A DNA stretch of 64,000 nucleotides from Obrimoposthia wandeli (GCA_977020255.1 CDROCS010003139.1:248001-312000); one strand, 5' to 3'. Shown: positions 43,701-54,299, counted from the stretch's first letter. The notes: generated by a model from the sequence alone, not told the origin. Translations and numbers: made by a program.

Positions 43701-46700
43701 CAAAAGGTGAAGAGTATTTAGGAGCAAAACAATAAAACTGAAATAAAAATACTTAGTACATGGTTTCTTAAATTTTGTTTTTGAACAAATTTGGAAGTTA
43801 AACTATTATAATTTGTCATTGGTCAAAACAAATAATTTAAGTACATTTTGGTTGTCAAACGACTTGGAAAAATCAATTAATACGTTTATTTAGTGTCAAC
43901 ACTGCAAATAGGAGTTGTGTAATTTAGTGTAATATTTCGTTTTGTAAAAAATAATTGTTGATACAAATCCCTTTTGAAAATCGATCATCTACACGTAAGT
44001 TATTACAACCCAGCTAATGGTAAACCTTATTTTCGTACTTGTCTATTTATTGAATCAGTCATAGAATAATTTGAATCGCTCATCTACGTAGAGTAGACAG
44101 CCCATTTTACAACTCAAATTTGTCGAGAACTATGTAAATGTTACTAATATCTTGCATGAGAGCCGAGATCCAACCTGTGCGAATTCTACCTGTACCGGAC
44201 ATAGGAAAAATCGCTTCGTACCAGAGTCATGCGCCTCATAATTTGCCAACGTTTTTAGTCTAGGCTCAGCCTAATTATTTTTGAAACTAAGCTTATAAAT
44301 GGCTTAACCGGCTGTATATTAACCCCACATCAAACTTCATTATATTTTGGAACATTCTGATGAACTGAACTTAACTCTTCACATAAATACACCTTCATAT
44401 TTAATTGAATTAAGTAGGCCACGAAGATCCCTAGGTTCTATCAATATGTTTGGGGCCCCATACAATAATTCTGACATAGAAAAGTGACATTAATATTTAC
44501 ACTTGGTGCTATTATGAGTGATAAAAAAATAAAATCTACTATTAAAGGAAAATATGAAACTGTTTAATTCCGATTCTGTCGGTATTTGGATCTTTATCTG
44601 TCCTGGTTTGCAAAATAATTCTGCTCAAACTATGCGAAGTAATTAATCTATTATACAAATGCTTGAATGGATATTGAAATTTCAAATAGTGGTTAGTACA
44701 ATTCAACGATAAATATTCATTTGAAAATATGTATTCTATTATTTGTAGATAACAGTTCTAGTAAATATAAGTTTTCAAATATAGAATTCGATTAAAAGTT
44801 TAGTCATTGATTTTAAGAATATGTAAATGAAATATATTCTTATTGAAGAAATATAGTTCTGTGATATACAATTTAAGTTGAAATTATGACAATTTTACCT
44901 CAAACTCTTTTGGAAAGTATAGTTTACATTCATTAAGAAGTGAGTAAAATGAGTTATATGATTATCAATTGTTAGTAAAACACAAGCTTTATATTTATAT
45001 TCTATGTAAAAAAGTATTTTCACATGTTATTTCATATTATTTAAACCATAAAATTAACATTAGACTACATTTTTATTATAAATAATACATATTTAAATTA
45101 CTTAATATAGTAAGTAACGCAAGTTAATTATACACATTTCTTAATGATAAAATATACAATATTAGTAACAGAAAAGCTTTCTGGGATCATAAACTGCAAG
45201 ACTATATATAAGGTTTATCTATGCAGTTTCACTCTACTAACCTTATTCTCAAACTCACGCTTTATCTCCTGAAGGTCCTTGAATTCGAATCCGTCTCGTT
45301 CCAGTCGATCCATAATGTCACGATTACTGCTCTCAATAGCCCCGATGTTGTCGCGCAGATTTAGAACAAACTTAGAGATCTCTGTCAAGTGCTGCAGCAG
45401 AACAGCTGTCTTCTCGCGACCCCGCTCCATCACCGCAGCGAGACGAGTAATCTGTAGACAGACACGATTTAAAAAGTTTTAAAATACGAAAATATAAAAT
45501 TCAAAGATATGTCGCTAAAAGTATCCATAATATGTGTGAGATGTCTGAAATACAATATTATTACAGTAGATTTCGGTTATAACAAAATTCGGCTATAACA
45601 AAGTAATTTAGACGATACCTTGAAAATACAATGGAAAATAGTGCTAAATTTCGGTTAAAACGAATGCTTTTTTTGCAAATTTCAATCTGTAATTGTCAGA
45701 TTTTAAAATGAAAAATTATTTTATTGATACGAAAACTGATAAAAATTGACATGTTTCCTCGGTGTAACAGCTTTTAATTTATGTATTACAAGGATTATGC
45801 TGCAAATAAATGAGTAGGAATTCAATAGTGAGATTGGGCTTTTTAGTGGGTTTGTACCACCACTTGGATCAGCAGATGGAAAACTCGTGATATCATCGTT
45901 CTACGTCAACTTCCTTGCGAGGATACCCCTGTCAAAATGACAGTCGTGGCGGAATTCCAGAACACAGTACTCCCCAAATTTCTCTAGAACTACGCTCCTA
46001 AGACATTTTCAATGTAGACAAAATGGGCTCTTTCGGCGCTCGCAGCCAAAAAAGATTAAGGCACTGATGGGTAAGCAGTGTTACAGCGGCAAGCTGAGCA
46101 AGGAAAGGGTCAGCATAATTGTCAAAACAAACACCGATGGGTCAGCGAAGTATCCTGTCATTTCCACTGAAATGTTTACAAACCCGAGGTGCTTCCAAAA
46201 TGTCGCCCGAAAGCCAGTCACTTACGACTTCATTAATAAAGCTTGGATGACATCTAGAATCTTTACCTGTTGGTTTCAAAAGTTTGACATTCAGATGATA
46301 TGTCAGAAAACAGACGACTCCTCACTCATTTCTTAAATAATAAACTATTAACTGATACATTTCGTTTTTTTTCTTTAATTTTCTGATATTTATTTCTGAT
46401 ATAATGAATTTCGGCTATAACGAATATTTTTGAACGGCCTACTCAAATTCGTTATAATCGAAATATAATGTATTTTTATTTATATAAATCTAGTATGTTT
46501 GGAAAAGGGATTGAATGAATGTATCACATGCTCAATGAAGGAATACTCACATGATATACTCAGTCGAAGGTCAAGGACAAAGGAAAGAAAAATAATATCA
46601 CCACTCAATGACTAAATTTGGTCTCCCGATAATATTTGGTGTTTTGTAGCAATTACTATGCATACACCTTTCTCATGGCAAGGTGGTTCATTCCTTGTCA

Positions 46701-48698
46701 TGTTCACAACATTCGGTGGATAACTTTTTGTAACTTCATGAATAGATAAATATAACTCCTAAACGAAATGACAATCGAGATCCAATCAATCACGTCTCTT
46801 AACGTATTCAAAAATCTTTCCTTCACTCCAATTTCGAACATCTCCATCTTTCCTTGTTTTCTGATGCATGTATTGTCATATCAAATGCATTCGAGTAATG
46901 TTTTATTTGAGGAAGAACTCATTTATCTTGAAGAAATCGAGTAGCAACAGCATTGTAATGGTATATACTTGCTAAAGGTGGCTTTTCTTTATTATTCCAT
47001 CCCAACACATTATTTACAGGGTCAATGGAATCTCAGTTAGTTAATTATCATTCCACTTGGCAACTAGAACTTCTCGATTTTTCTCAAATGAATAATTGTA
47101 ATAACCTCTTTTTTGTGTTCCTCATTCAAGAGACAATCATGCAACCTATTTTCTCTGACAGTACCTGTGGCTCTTATTTCTTGCGTTTGTAAATACACAA
47201 GCAAGTCTCTGGAAGTGAACAAATTATCGAACTATACACATGATGTATCTTTCATTGCTAGTTCATGAGTCATGGTGACAACTACCTTTGTTCCCGGAGT
47301 CAATTTTCCAGTTGGATTCCCTGCACTGCTTCCACAATACAAATCGAATTTGTAACAGTATTCTGAAACTGCACATAAATCCCAAAATTTATATCCATTA
47401 TTATCTGTGAAGTGTGTAAGGCTCTTTATTTCAAGATATATATTTCGGGACAATGGCTTTCTTACAATATCAACACCCAAATCTTCTCCATTCGATCAAT
47501 AATTTCTTTCAGTGGACAATCGATGGTATCCACTGAATAATAGTATCCCAATAAATGCTTTTATTTCTTCTACGAACACAGTAAATACTCTTTTATTCTT
47601 CTGTTCCATGGCATAACGAACTGTTTCTATCACTATATAATCAAGCACATCACTAAAAAAGACTTCAACTAGTTCAACAGGTGATTTCAATAAACACTTT
47701 TCTTTCATTTTTTTTTCTAACAATGGCACATGATCAATTTTTAGCGGACTAAGTTTCTGATAAATATGCATTTTCTTTTACCATGAAGGTTGTATATTTG
47801 TCAGAACTTTTTTCTTTGATGATGATATGTTATCAACATAGTACAGAAGTTCCTGGAATATCATTCACTGTAACTTCTTCAAGAGCTTCTGCATTGGCCT
47901 CATATTCAGGGATAATAGCAATTTCAATATCGTATGCACCTTCTTCATCAGCATCTTCAAGAGCTTCCATAATATGTTGTAAACTGGCAACTTTTCTTCC
48001 TCGATATGGCATATTGATTGTGTCATGTTATGAAATGATTGCGTCATGTTGATCTATTGTTGATCCCAATTATCTATTCAGAGATCACCAAAATTGCTTA
48101 GGTTAAAGTTCTAATACTATCTAAATATACTTGCTGTTATAATGGCAATACTTCTGTTTTACATCTCACTTATCAAATCTAGGCTAAAACATAAAATTGC
48201 CTATTTCTTTACGAAATTTTATGACAAATTAAATTTCATCTAACTTACAGAAAAATTAATATTACATTTTTATCAATTTTATTATAGATAAAAGAATATG
48301 TTTACTTTAATATTTTGCTATAATATGTCATTTAAAGTAACAACATCTCTAAATAGATCAGTGGGCGTTAATGGGTTAAATTTTAACTGTTAACTAGAAA
48401 GTTAACAGTCATCATTGAATGTGAAAATCTCATTTAGCAAACAGCTAAGTGCATCTTCTGAATATTTTAGTATAAGGTAGAATAATGTGAAACTAAAATA
48501 CAGAGATTCCAGTTGTATGTTAGAACTTACCTCGATGTTTTCAATCTTTTGATCGCCATTATTTATATCAACTTCTGCATTTTCCTGACTTCCTTTTATC
48601 ACCGGATCTACCTGAACCTCGTATAAATCTCCAAGTTCAGAGGACTCAAATAAGGCATCTCTGTCTCGAAGGAGACCGAGACCATTGACGAATTCCAT
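4420..48698 (-). CDS. Host multi-exon gene, uncharacterised protein of about 738 aa (N-terminal coiled coil, acidic low-complexity C-terminus); 12 coding exons
   Basis: Exons 48531-48698, 45242-45451, 39616-39840, 24254-24541, 21407-21586, 18288-18395, 10213-10363, 6411-6508, 6252-6280, 5916-5953, 4939-5306, 4420-4773. All are GT-AG flanked, stop-free and phase-compatible from ATG 48698 to TGA 4420, and most are GC-richer than the background. The exon 7 donor (gtgtaa) and the two mini-exons are the least certain. Confidence 0.8.
4939..5306 (-). CDS. Host gene exon 11 (PHIRLPDRPMLLDR...DDILNQ)
   Basis: acatag| acceptor, cag|gttgac donor, phase 1-0; includes ORF 4918-5277. Confidence 0.72.
5916..5953 (-). 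CDS. Host gene mini-exon 10 (FIVFRDFSLLER)
   Basis: attcag| acceptor, |gtaagg donor, phase 2-1. Confidence 0.6.
6252..6280 (-). CDS. Host gene mini-exon 9 (KIQMSGNNK)
   Basis: tttcag| acceptor, |gtaaca donor, phase 0-2; needed for the phase chain. Confidence 0.55.
6411..6508 (-). CDS. Host gene exon 8 (YPDSLYSTLG...VKKLD)
   Basis: ctgtcag| acceptor, gat|gtgagt donor, phase 1-0. Confidence 0.78.
8812..10075 (+). repeat. Inverted, internally deleted duplicate of the host gene 3' region (matches 6655-6910 joined to 4305-5020)
   Basis: 8812-9055 is the reverse complement of 6655-6910; 9056-9636 and 9928-10075 are the reverse complement of 4305-5020; carries a 1-nt deletion near 9486 and a 291-bp insertion. 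Confidence 0.93.
10213..10363 (-). CDS. Host gene exon 7 (QTLKKYHAN...TLFYKN)
   Basis: ttttag| acceptor, open frame. Phase-1 donor a|gtgtaa fits exon 8; the alternative phase-0 donor at 10211 would need an unseen exon. Confidence 0.72.
11490..12590 (+). pseudogene. Polinton major capsid (hexon-like) protein, copy A
   Basis: YFFNSLFNDAVVNLNNVKIE..KAFIESLLNY..TNLSTIG; C-terminus FFTFVLEPDFDINQCQLPNDGNLQLGVKF, homologous to copies B and C. Confidence 0.85.
12660..12990 (+). pseudogene. Adenain-like cysteine protease, copy A
   Basis: YIINTHTSNLSGEH; homologous to 32890-33243. Confidence 0.7.
13200..14460 (-). pseudogene. polB: Protein-primed family B DNA polymerase, C-terminal part, copy A
   Basis: NNMYGWALTQ, KVKKLLLTH, GQTV-D motif; homologous to 33501-34790. 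Confidence 0.85.
16543..16625 (+). rRNA. 28S: About 80-bp fragment of 28S (LSU) rRNA
   Basis: ctatctactatctagcga..acag.caagggaa.gg.cttg..agcggggaaagaagaccctgttgagc matches the conserved eukaryotic LSU segment just downstream of the R2/R1 target sites; isolated, not a full gene. Confidence 0.9.
18288..18395 (-). CDS. Host gene exon 6 (DNNQMDHQ...KISLLT)
   Basis: gtccag| acceptor, acg|gtaaat donor, 36 codons, phase 0-0. Confidence 0.8.
20536..21349 (+). mobile_element. Tigger/pogo DNA transposon, internally deleted
   Basis: TIRs cagt....cctcactt(t)aacgaa with TA at both ends; transposase remnants IFNVDETGLF, DRLTLLLGANA, KPMLVY, WKANKK, LLLVDNVPGHP. Confidence 0.9.
21407..21586 (-). CDS. Host gene exon 5 (NIEIKSTAH...QDNFHS)
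   Basis: tttgtag| acceptor, agt|gtacgt donor, 60 codons, phase 0-0. Confidence 0.85.
24254..24541 (-). CDS. Host gene exon 4 (IKKKLEFKK...LQIQVK), coiled coil
   Basis: cgatag| acceptor, donor aag|gttcgc (or caa|gtaaag 6 nt earlier), 96 codons, phase 0-0. Confidence 0.87.
25276..25515. mobile_element. piggyBac-type MITE, 240 bp
   Basis: TTAA|CCCTCA...TGAGGG|TTAA; internal palindromes cgagttaactcg and gggaccgagttatctcggttccc. Confidence 0.75.
26100..26900 (-). pseudogene. Fragments of a Polinton-type pPolB gene (second, divergent family or rearranged piece)
   Basis: AVVNVQNTDNCCF..ILA (pPolB N-terminal motif) and KLLMIHHSKKYYVVHSRLLQMYLRL. Confidence 0.6.
27042..27590 (-). pseudogene. Ala/Thr/Pro-rich ORF directly downstream of the hexon paralog, unknown function
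   Basis: ORF 27042-27455, extendable upstream through one stop; abuts the stop codon of the hexon paralog. Confidence 0.45.
27589..28990 (-). pseudogene. Second, divergent hexon/MCP-like gene with N-terminal extension
   Basis: YLDLNDSLFLFKLKVTKDRGG..ANFIFHTLYKDVILSLNNVNVEG..YTHKVMIETLLNYG; DIFKQPKYILPAV; KLLVRRVKVAPSVLIGH parallel the hexon-1 motifs. Confidence 0.75.
29089..29603 (-). pseudogene. Polinton gene X (about 160 aa, unknown function), copy B
   Basis: Close homolog of 62454-62940 (MHSYQRQ..FYIRGADAAFLD..KQWTV). Confidence 0.75.
29792..30103 (+). pseudogene. TBP-like gene, 5' half with 37-nt intron 29976-30012, copy B (truncated by deletion)
   Basis: MACSDIY..LKLENINYKGRI..FTVVIFRSG|SCRVMGC after splicing GT-AG. 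Confidence 0.75.
30103..30666 (+). pseudogene. int: Polinton retroviral-like integrase with chromodomain, 3' half, copy B
   Basis: KGMRPVDV, PELQVI, KQYYVKWHGYSDPTWISAS; homologous to 60393-60970. Confidence 0.88.
30663..31275 (+). pseudogene. Penton/minor capsid protein, internally deleted, copy B
   Basis: YMVLPSN at the N-terminus; YLPVALL..NIEVNIRDDSGQLIDF..HLRK at the C-terminus. Confidence 0.82.
31254..31635 (+). pseudogene. Small basic protein between penton and hexon (pVI/pX-like), copy B
   Basis: YGSGWLRTLGRLAFPLLKKLG amphipathic segment, Lys-rich tail; homolog at 58983-59359. Confidence 0.65.
31627..32850 (+). pseudogene. Polinton major capsid (hexon-like) protein, copy B
   Basis: MSCAKTEL..YLDLNDTLLYVQIKV..VNYFFNSLFSD..LIESLLNY. 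Confidence 0.9.
32890..33243 (+). pseudogene. Adenain-like cysteine protease, copy B
   Basis: YIINTHTSNLPREHWIAIYV..FDP..Q..RNCG. Confidence 0.82.
33501..35100 (-). pseudogene. polB: Protein-primed family B DNA polymerase, copy B
   Basis: GIFPYKF, ADGFESF, SLPGF, YDYGIRG, NNSYGWALTQPLP, KKLLLTH, PSYIGQTVLDISK, ALSSNDDKR. Confidence 0.9.
35600..36790 (-). pseudogene. Decayed intron-containing acidic ORF upstream of pPolB, inside copy B
   Basis: GT-AG introns 36072-36115 and 35662-35750, a further donor at 35925; twice-repeated SQYIDL(L/T)SQDS. Confidence 0.4.
37225..38040 (-). mobile_element. Second RLE non-LTR retrotransposon family (NeSL/Utopia-like), 5'-truncated fragment
   Basis: EWAFIHRARTTTLPVN, knuckle remnant CRN..LNRCP..RHNEL, RLE LLDMKVPYD..NEDK; collinear with the 1-2805 element but clearly divergent. 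Confidence 0.85.
38290..38460. repeat. Cluster of short TGAC(T/CT)CA-type motifs and palindromes
   Basis: atgagtcat, gatgactcat, tgacctcatgaggtca, tgacctcatggagtca, tgacctcaacttgac. Confidence 0.7.
39616..39840 (-). CDS. Host gene exon 3 (VNQFSSKF...KKWKDE), coiled coil
   Basis: gagcag| acceptor, gag|gtttga donor, 75 codons, phase 0-0. Confidence 0.87.
41520..41640 (+). pseudogene. hAT transposase dimerisation-domain fragment
   Basis: LPTSSGSSERVWSAMKNVHSAERNRLTDERVEKL. Confidence 0.7.
41990..43640 (-). mobile_element. hAT (ZMYM1-like) transposase remnant
   Basis: CRGQSYDNTVNMSSHYKGLQ, YIPCAAHSLN, VTNCSSGRLFSKLK. Confidence 0.85.
45242..45451 (-). CDS. Host gene exon 2 (ITRLAAVMER...REFENK), coiled coil
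   Basis: ctacag| acceptor, aag|gttagt donor, 70 codons, phase 0-0. Confidence 0.87.
45564..46470 (+). mobile_element. Second Tigger/pogo-like (TIGD4/6-type) element, internally deleted
   Basis: Imperfect TIRs cagtagatttcggttataac / RC cattatatttcgattataac with TA flanks; IFNVDK, GKLSKERVSI, NKAWMTSRIF. Confidence 0.85.
46560..48375 (-). mobile_element. piggyBac (PGBD-like) transposon remnant, one end intact
   Basis: TTAA|CCCATTAACGCCC at 48375; EEIKAFIGILLFSGYHRL, GYKFW, YCYKFDLYCG; second end not found. Confidence 0.85.
48531..48698 (-). CDS. Host gene exon 1 (MEFVNGLG...KIENIE)
   Basis: ATG preceded by in-frame stops in an upstream spliced exon (48787-48834, intron 48716-48786); donor gag|gtaagt; 56 codons. 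Confidence 0.8.
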
Positions 48699-49801
48699 GC
48701 TCAGAGAAGTGGCCGCTAATACAGATTACGATTGATTTACTTTTTATTAATTTGATAGATTGCAATCATTTCATAAGCTGACTCACCAGGTGTTTATAAG
48801 TTGATTTAGGATGACATCCGCTTATCCACAGAATCTGAAAATAAATTGAAAATATGTTATACCAACAGGGTACACTTAGTGTAGAGAAAAATAGTAAAAT
48901 TATATTTATGACAAAGAATGCCAAAATTGTCAACTTTTACAAAAATTCTCAAATATGTCAATTTTATAGTTTCCCAAAAAATGGTAAAAATTATTATTTT
49001 AGTTTTTATTTTACATTTTTAATAAGGGCAAGTCCGAATAATCTTATTGAAGGATAGCAAACAAATTTAATAACAATACATTATTTAAACAAACTTCTTC
49101 ATCTCCCAGCTCGTGGCTGTTGTCACGGGCTCAAAACTTTCCTACCAGGCGGGACGTGGAGAAGTCCGATGGGGCCGCGTTGTGGTGGTATTCCTCAGTC
49201 AGTATTCCTCAGAGGCCAACACCAGTGACAGTAACAGTATGAAACACAATCAGAGCTACGCTTGTCCAATTGTCTCCCTGTGGCCCACAACTACCTGACT
49301 AATTGCTGCCAATCTGTTGCTATTAGAAATTTATTTCTCTCACCTCTACCGCGATATTGACATCACCAATGCTGCATTTGTGACCACTTACTGTGTCCTC
49401 TTTCACTCTATGACAGTTTCCCAAATCCAACAAAATCAAGATGCACACACTCACAGAGCCTACAACTGCTGTCCTCTATGCATCTATGCATCTATGCCAC
49501 ATCAGTGACAGAATTGTGCTTTTGCTTTTGTGCACTTTGTGTAGTATGTGTGCACGCTTTGCACCTAATCTCGGTCTCCCTCTGCTGCACATTGGCATAT
49601 TGATTTTTTTGGTATTTTTGATCGACAATATATATAAAGTATGTATCTCCTGATCCGGACACTACTTATTATTATTTCAAATTTATTCGAATACAACAAA
49701 AATTCATTTGGATTTCTGGGAATACATCATTTTAATTGTTTAAATTATTCAACAATTTGTGATTATTTTTGATTTAACCAAAAGAAGAAGAAAGCTCAAC
49801 C

Positions 49802-49920
49802 AACAATTTAATTTCATTGCGAAATTTATTTATTTGGATCAACGAACAATTTAATTTCATTGCGAAATTTCTTTATTTGGATCAACGAACAATTTAATTT
49901 CAGTGGAGAATTTATTTATT
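49802..49920. repeat. 43-bp tandem repeat, about 2.7 copies
   Basis: Unit aacaatttaatttcattgcgaaatttatttatttggatcaacg. Confidence 0.9.
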
Positions 49921-50084
49921 CGATATAACTATTATTAACAGTTGTATTCATCAGTCTAACTGGTATTTTGTGGTTTTCAATAAGACTTAAATAAGTGGTA
50001 AATTATTTTGACTGATTTATTTGTTTAGAAACAATACAATATTAACTGGAATCAATTTGATTTTTATATTGAAATCTACAAGTC

Positions 50085-50420
50085 TTATCTTTTTTCCCTA
50101 AAAACATTCATAACACCATTATGCCAAATATTAGTGAGGTGTCGTGATTTTTCAGAAATTGAAATCTGATAAAACGCACTTTTGACGTTGATCCTGGCGG
50201 CAACGTATCCTTTTGGTATTGATCGCAACTTCTGTGATAGGTTTGGTATCTTCATAAATAGCCTTGGTAAATAAGGTGTGAGATGAGCGAAGTCCAATAT
50301 CAGCCGTTAGAGTAAAGAATCAACGTTGGGAACCATTCTGACCGAGAGCAATAGGGTTCTTTCCGAGATGGTTCCAAAATTCCCTTGCGTAACAAGGCTT
50401 GGACACATGCAGAGATGCAT
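50085..50420 (-). pseudogene. Reverse transcriptase fragment, DIRS/Ngaro-like or Gypsy-like
   Basis: RLILDFAHLTPYL..GYVAARINVKSAFYQISI..SRHLT. Confidence 0.55.
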
Positions 50421-50602
50421 GAAAATTCATGTGGTTGAAACAAGTGTCGCTTTTGTTGTCTAGAGTAGGGGTTCCCAAAGTGTGTTCCGCCAAAAAATTA
50501 TGGGTTCCGTCGTCTTTTTATTTATTTCTGTTATCTAACATTTTAACATTTATCTAAAACATCGAAAATGTAAACTAAATAATTAGTGAAGCTAAAGAAA
50601 TA

Positions 50603-52150
50603 TTGAGTCAACCGCTAGATGAAGCAAGCGAAGCCTCAGAAGTCTTGATAAAGTTACAAAACTTTAAATTGCACAAATTTGAAGAATTGCGAACGGAATT
50701 GGTAAAACTCAGTCATGATAACTTGACGTACAAAAACGTAGCACGAGGATTATTGAAAGGACATGGTCGTTATGTACAGAGAGCAAATCAAAAAGATACA
50801 ATAAATATTTCATTCCGATTAATTAATTGAAATATAATGCTTGAAAAACTTAACGTGTTCCAAACAACGAAGACTATTCGAAGAAAAATAGTAGAGAAAC
50901 TCGGAATAAACGGAATTAACGTGTTGTTTCATTATAACGACGAGAATGTACCAGTCGAGTGCGGATATCCGATAGAAAACGAATCAGAAGTGAAAATTGA
51001 TGTGATGACTATAGGACAACAGGAATTAGTAGATAATGAAGGATTGTCAGAAATATTGTATTCTGCACTAGACATGATATAAACAACTATAAAAATCTTA
51101 GATAGTTCAGCTGAACAAAGAGACAGCGGAAACAATGATATAACTGAAGTCTGGAACAAGACGTCCACACCTGAGGTGAATGAAAATGAACCACATATTG
51201 TAGTACCGAACAATCAGCTGACATTTTTAGTAAATGAGGTACAACCAGAAAGAGTAATTAGTCAGACAGGACAGGACCAAATCACGAACGAAGCCGAAGC
51301 AGTTAGAAAAAATGAAATCTCAGAAATTATAGATCTGGATTCACCAATTTGGTATGCTGCATAGAGAGATAGACAAGCTGACCAAGTTACACGACAAAGT
51401 GAAGAGATACGATTTAACGACGAGCCGTATAATCAAGCAGGTTATCACGCTGAGAATCAGTATTTTCGAAGAGGACGTGGAAGACCTAGAAAAGATGAGA
51501 GTATATTGTGAAAAGTTCTAAGTGCACCTCAGACGTATGAGAGAGACACCACTGCATTGGACAATTGGCAGCATCATTGGAGCAATACAGCGCAGAGCGA
51601 AATGAAGATATTAGAGGTGATACGAATTCAGAAGTTCCGAGTAGTAAGAAAATAATTACATATATTCTCAGGCAAGTGAAGCCGAAATTGTTTAAAATGT
51701 ACAAAGATGAAACTACCGATATTACAGACAATTTGACTAAAGCGGTTAGATCACACATGTCAGCAGTAAAAAAGAATGGCTACGAATCAAGGATATCATG
51801 TATCGGTAGACAGATTTTACGATGGTGAAGTTTTAGCGAGATTGTTGGGAAATCAAATCACTAGTCAAAAGTTAATTACAGCAATTACATATTTATGTTT
51901 TCAATTGACAGAAAGGACAAGTCAACCGAATGAAGTCAAAGAAAGAATAAATGAAGCCATGTATCTAATTGAGAACGTATAGCAACAACGTATCGATGAA
52001 AACAGAGGATGGATAAAACTGAGCGATAACGCTAAAACAATTATAGAAGCGAATGAAGATGATGATGAACAATGTCATGAAAACCATAAAAGAGAAAATA
52101 AACAATACCGTTCGAGAGAAAGAAATAATCAGCCGAATATGTCCACAAAA
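50603..52150 (+). pseudogene. gag-like ORF remnants with AT-hook (RRGRGRPRK)
   Basis: Series of same-strand ORF pieces 50603-51982; no CCHC knuckle seen; call is positional. Confidence 0.45.
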
Positions 52151-54000
52151 TGATGATGATGTTAGTAATGTTCATTGGAATGCAACATACATCAGCACTG
52201 GTAGCGTAAGATTGTAGCGTACCAAAGATGGGACAGAAGTATTCATTGCTCGATAGCGAAAACTGCCAGAATCACAGCCATCAAAATTAATAATTAAATG
52301 TGTAGAAAACTATTATTTATATCAGGAAATTGATAAAATACAAGTTCAAGTAAAGGAATGTTCAGTTCATTCAAGCTATCATGAATTTTAGTGTAGTTAT
52401 AGAAGTTTATTGTCGGAAATCACACCTACCACACCATATAAACCACACAATGTCCTTCCGAGAGATAGCGAAGGCGCATTTCGGACAGGAAAAATAGAAA
52501 TAGATAAGAATTACACACCTGATGAGAACATTGGTATAAGACGATATGAAACAGTCACGAGAATAGGGAAACGATGGAATGATAAATCTTGCAGTGGAGG
52601 AACAAAAAATGTGCGTTGTACAAAAGTAACATCCTTAATAATGGACGTGACATACCAGATTGAATTAAAAACATGGACACGCAGTTTTGATAAAACTACA
52701 AAACGTATGATGAAGTATCCAGAGTGTAGAATGACAGATACATCTTGTCATACAGGCGAATCCACAATAGTATATCATGCAAACCCATAACAATACTCGT
52801 TGATAATTTTGAAAGAAATCAAATTTAATAAAGTAAAAGGCTTCCTGTATAATAAAGGAGGAGAATGATTCCATAATAAAACAGAATCAATTCCTACATC
52901 ACCGACACCTACACTGTTAATAGCAACACCAGCAGAAGAGGGATTGATATTTATTAAAAAAGGAAATAAAGCTCGATGCGGAATGACTATTAGTACTACA
53001 AACTATCATGGAAACGTTTTGTCAAAAGAATCAATAGCGATGGCTGAAACCGAATTAAGATCTAGTTACATGCAGCTGCACACGTATTTTAATAAGAAAA
53101 TTGATTTCTATTATCATAAATGAATACTTCAAATGAACAATTATATCAAATAATGGTTAAGAGAGATTGTCAGTTAAATAAGGAGATCATAATAACTAAG
53201 TTGACACTAGCTATTACGAACCCAAACATGTTAGCGCTACTATTGCCTCTAGACTAAGGAGTATTTGCTAAAACTATGGGATAAGTAATGTATACGTACA
53301 GGTGTAAAAAAAGTAAAATTACAATTGAGATAAACAACTCAATATACAAGTGAATTACCAGTAAATAAAATAAGTTTTGTAGAACCAATAACAAGGGTGA
53401 TATTTCCTAAAGACACTCCAACTAAGACGATAAGTTGATCTTATATAATGGCACCTGAATATCAATTATCGAGAAACTTATGGATAACGTTACCGAACCG
53501 TAAGCAAAAAATGACTTCAACAATAATAAAGTTGACAACACTTCAAGGAAACATGGAGTTCAAAGCTGTAACGAATATTTAAAGTGCAGGTTTATATAAT
53601 GAGAAAGATCTAAAAGTGGCCTGGAACGAAATAATATTTCCAGTAAGAAGGGCCAGAGTACTTACGGAAATATACATCGTCCATTATCCCCAGGAGCTAA
53701 ATATGTGAATTTTGATATTATATTGTCAGCAAGTCATTTCAAGGAAGTGGCACATCAGACACTTAGAAAAAGGTGTGGAAAATTCCTTGTATGAAGACAA
53801 TTATTTTCAGGAATTATAGGAATTTATGTTATAATTTAATTTGTACAGGTTATTATAGCTCAGGTGTTGTCCACATATAGTTTGTACGGGATAACCGGAA
53901 TCACGTGGCAGCTTATAATAGGATGTTTTCTATTTCTAGCGAAATATCTAATTCACCACGAGAACGAATTGCAAGCCCTCAAGAAGGAGTAACATCAAGC
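52150..54000 (+). pseudogene. env: Envelope glycoprotein, chuvirus G / gB-like (class III fusion) type
   Basis: Signal-like MMMMLVMFIG..LVA(Y)DC; SCSGG; CRMTDTSC; RDCQLNKE..LAITNP..GVFAKTMG.VMYTYRC; ELPV..FVEPITRVI; GLYNEKDL..IIFP; C-terminal hydrophobic TM. Confidence 0.8.
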
Positions 54001-54299
54001 TAGAACTCTAATACGAGAACCAAAGAACCAAAGAACCAACGGGACGACGATGACGATGATAATGATAGTCCGGGAGACTATGCAAAATTACAAAATACAG
54101 GACATCCAAGATTTCCCTAAAACCAAGAAAGAACCAGTACCAAACCTATATCAATGAAGGAAACAAAAGAAGAGACAGAAAAGTTCAAAAGAGGAATTTT
54201 AATGATAAGATGGCCTAGATCGAACTATAAAACATGCAGAAAAAATAGAGAAAAAAGATAATTCCAGAATAATTCTGAAGTCCAGGATATCTAATGAAA

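Noticed and set aside
41385-44314. Paired hAT TIRs (caggaccggattaa / ttaaccggctg)
   Set aside because: Similarity is weak and no 8-bp TSD matches, so element ends are not called
49802-49920. CRISPR-like array
   Set aside because: Units are contiguous tandem copies with no unique spacers, and the context is eukaryotic
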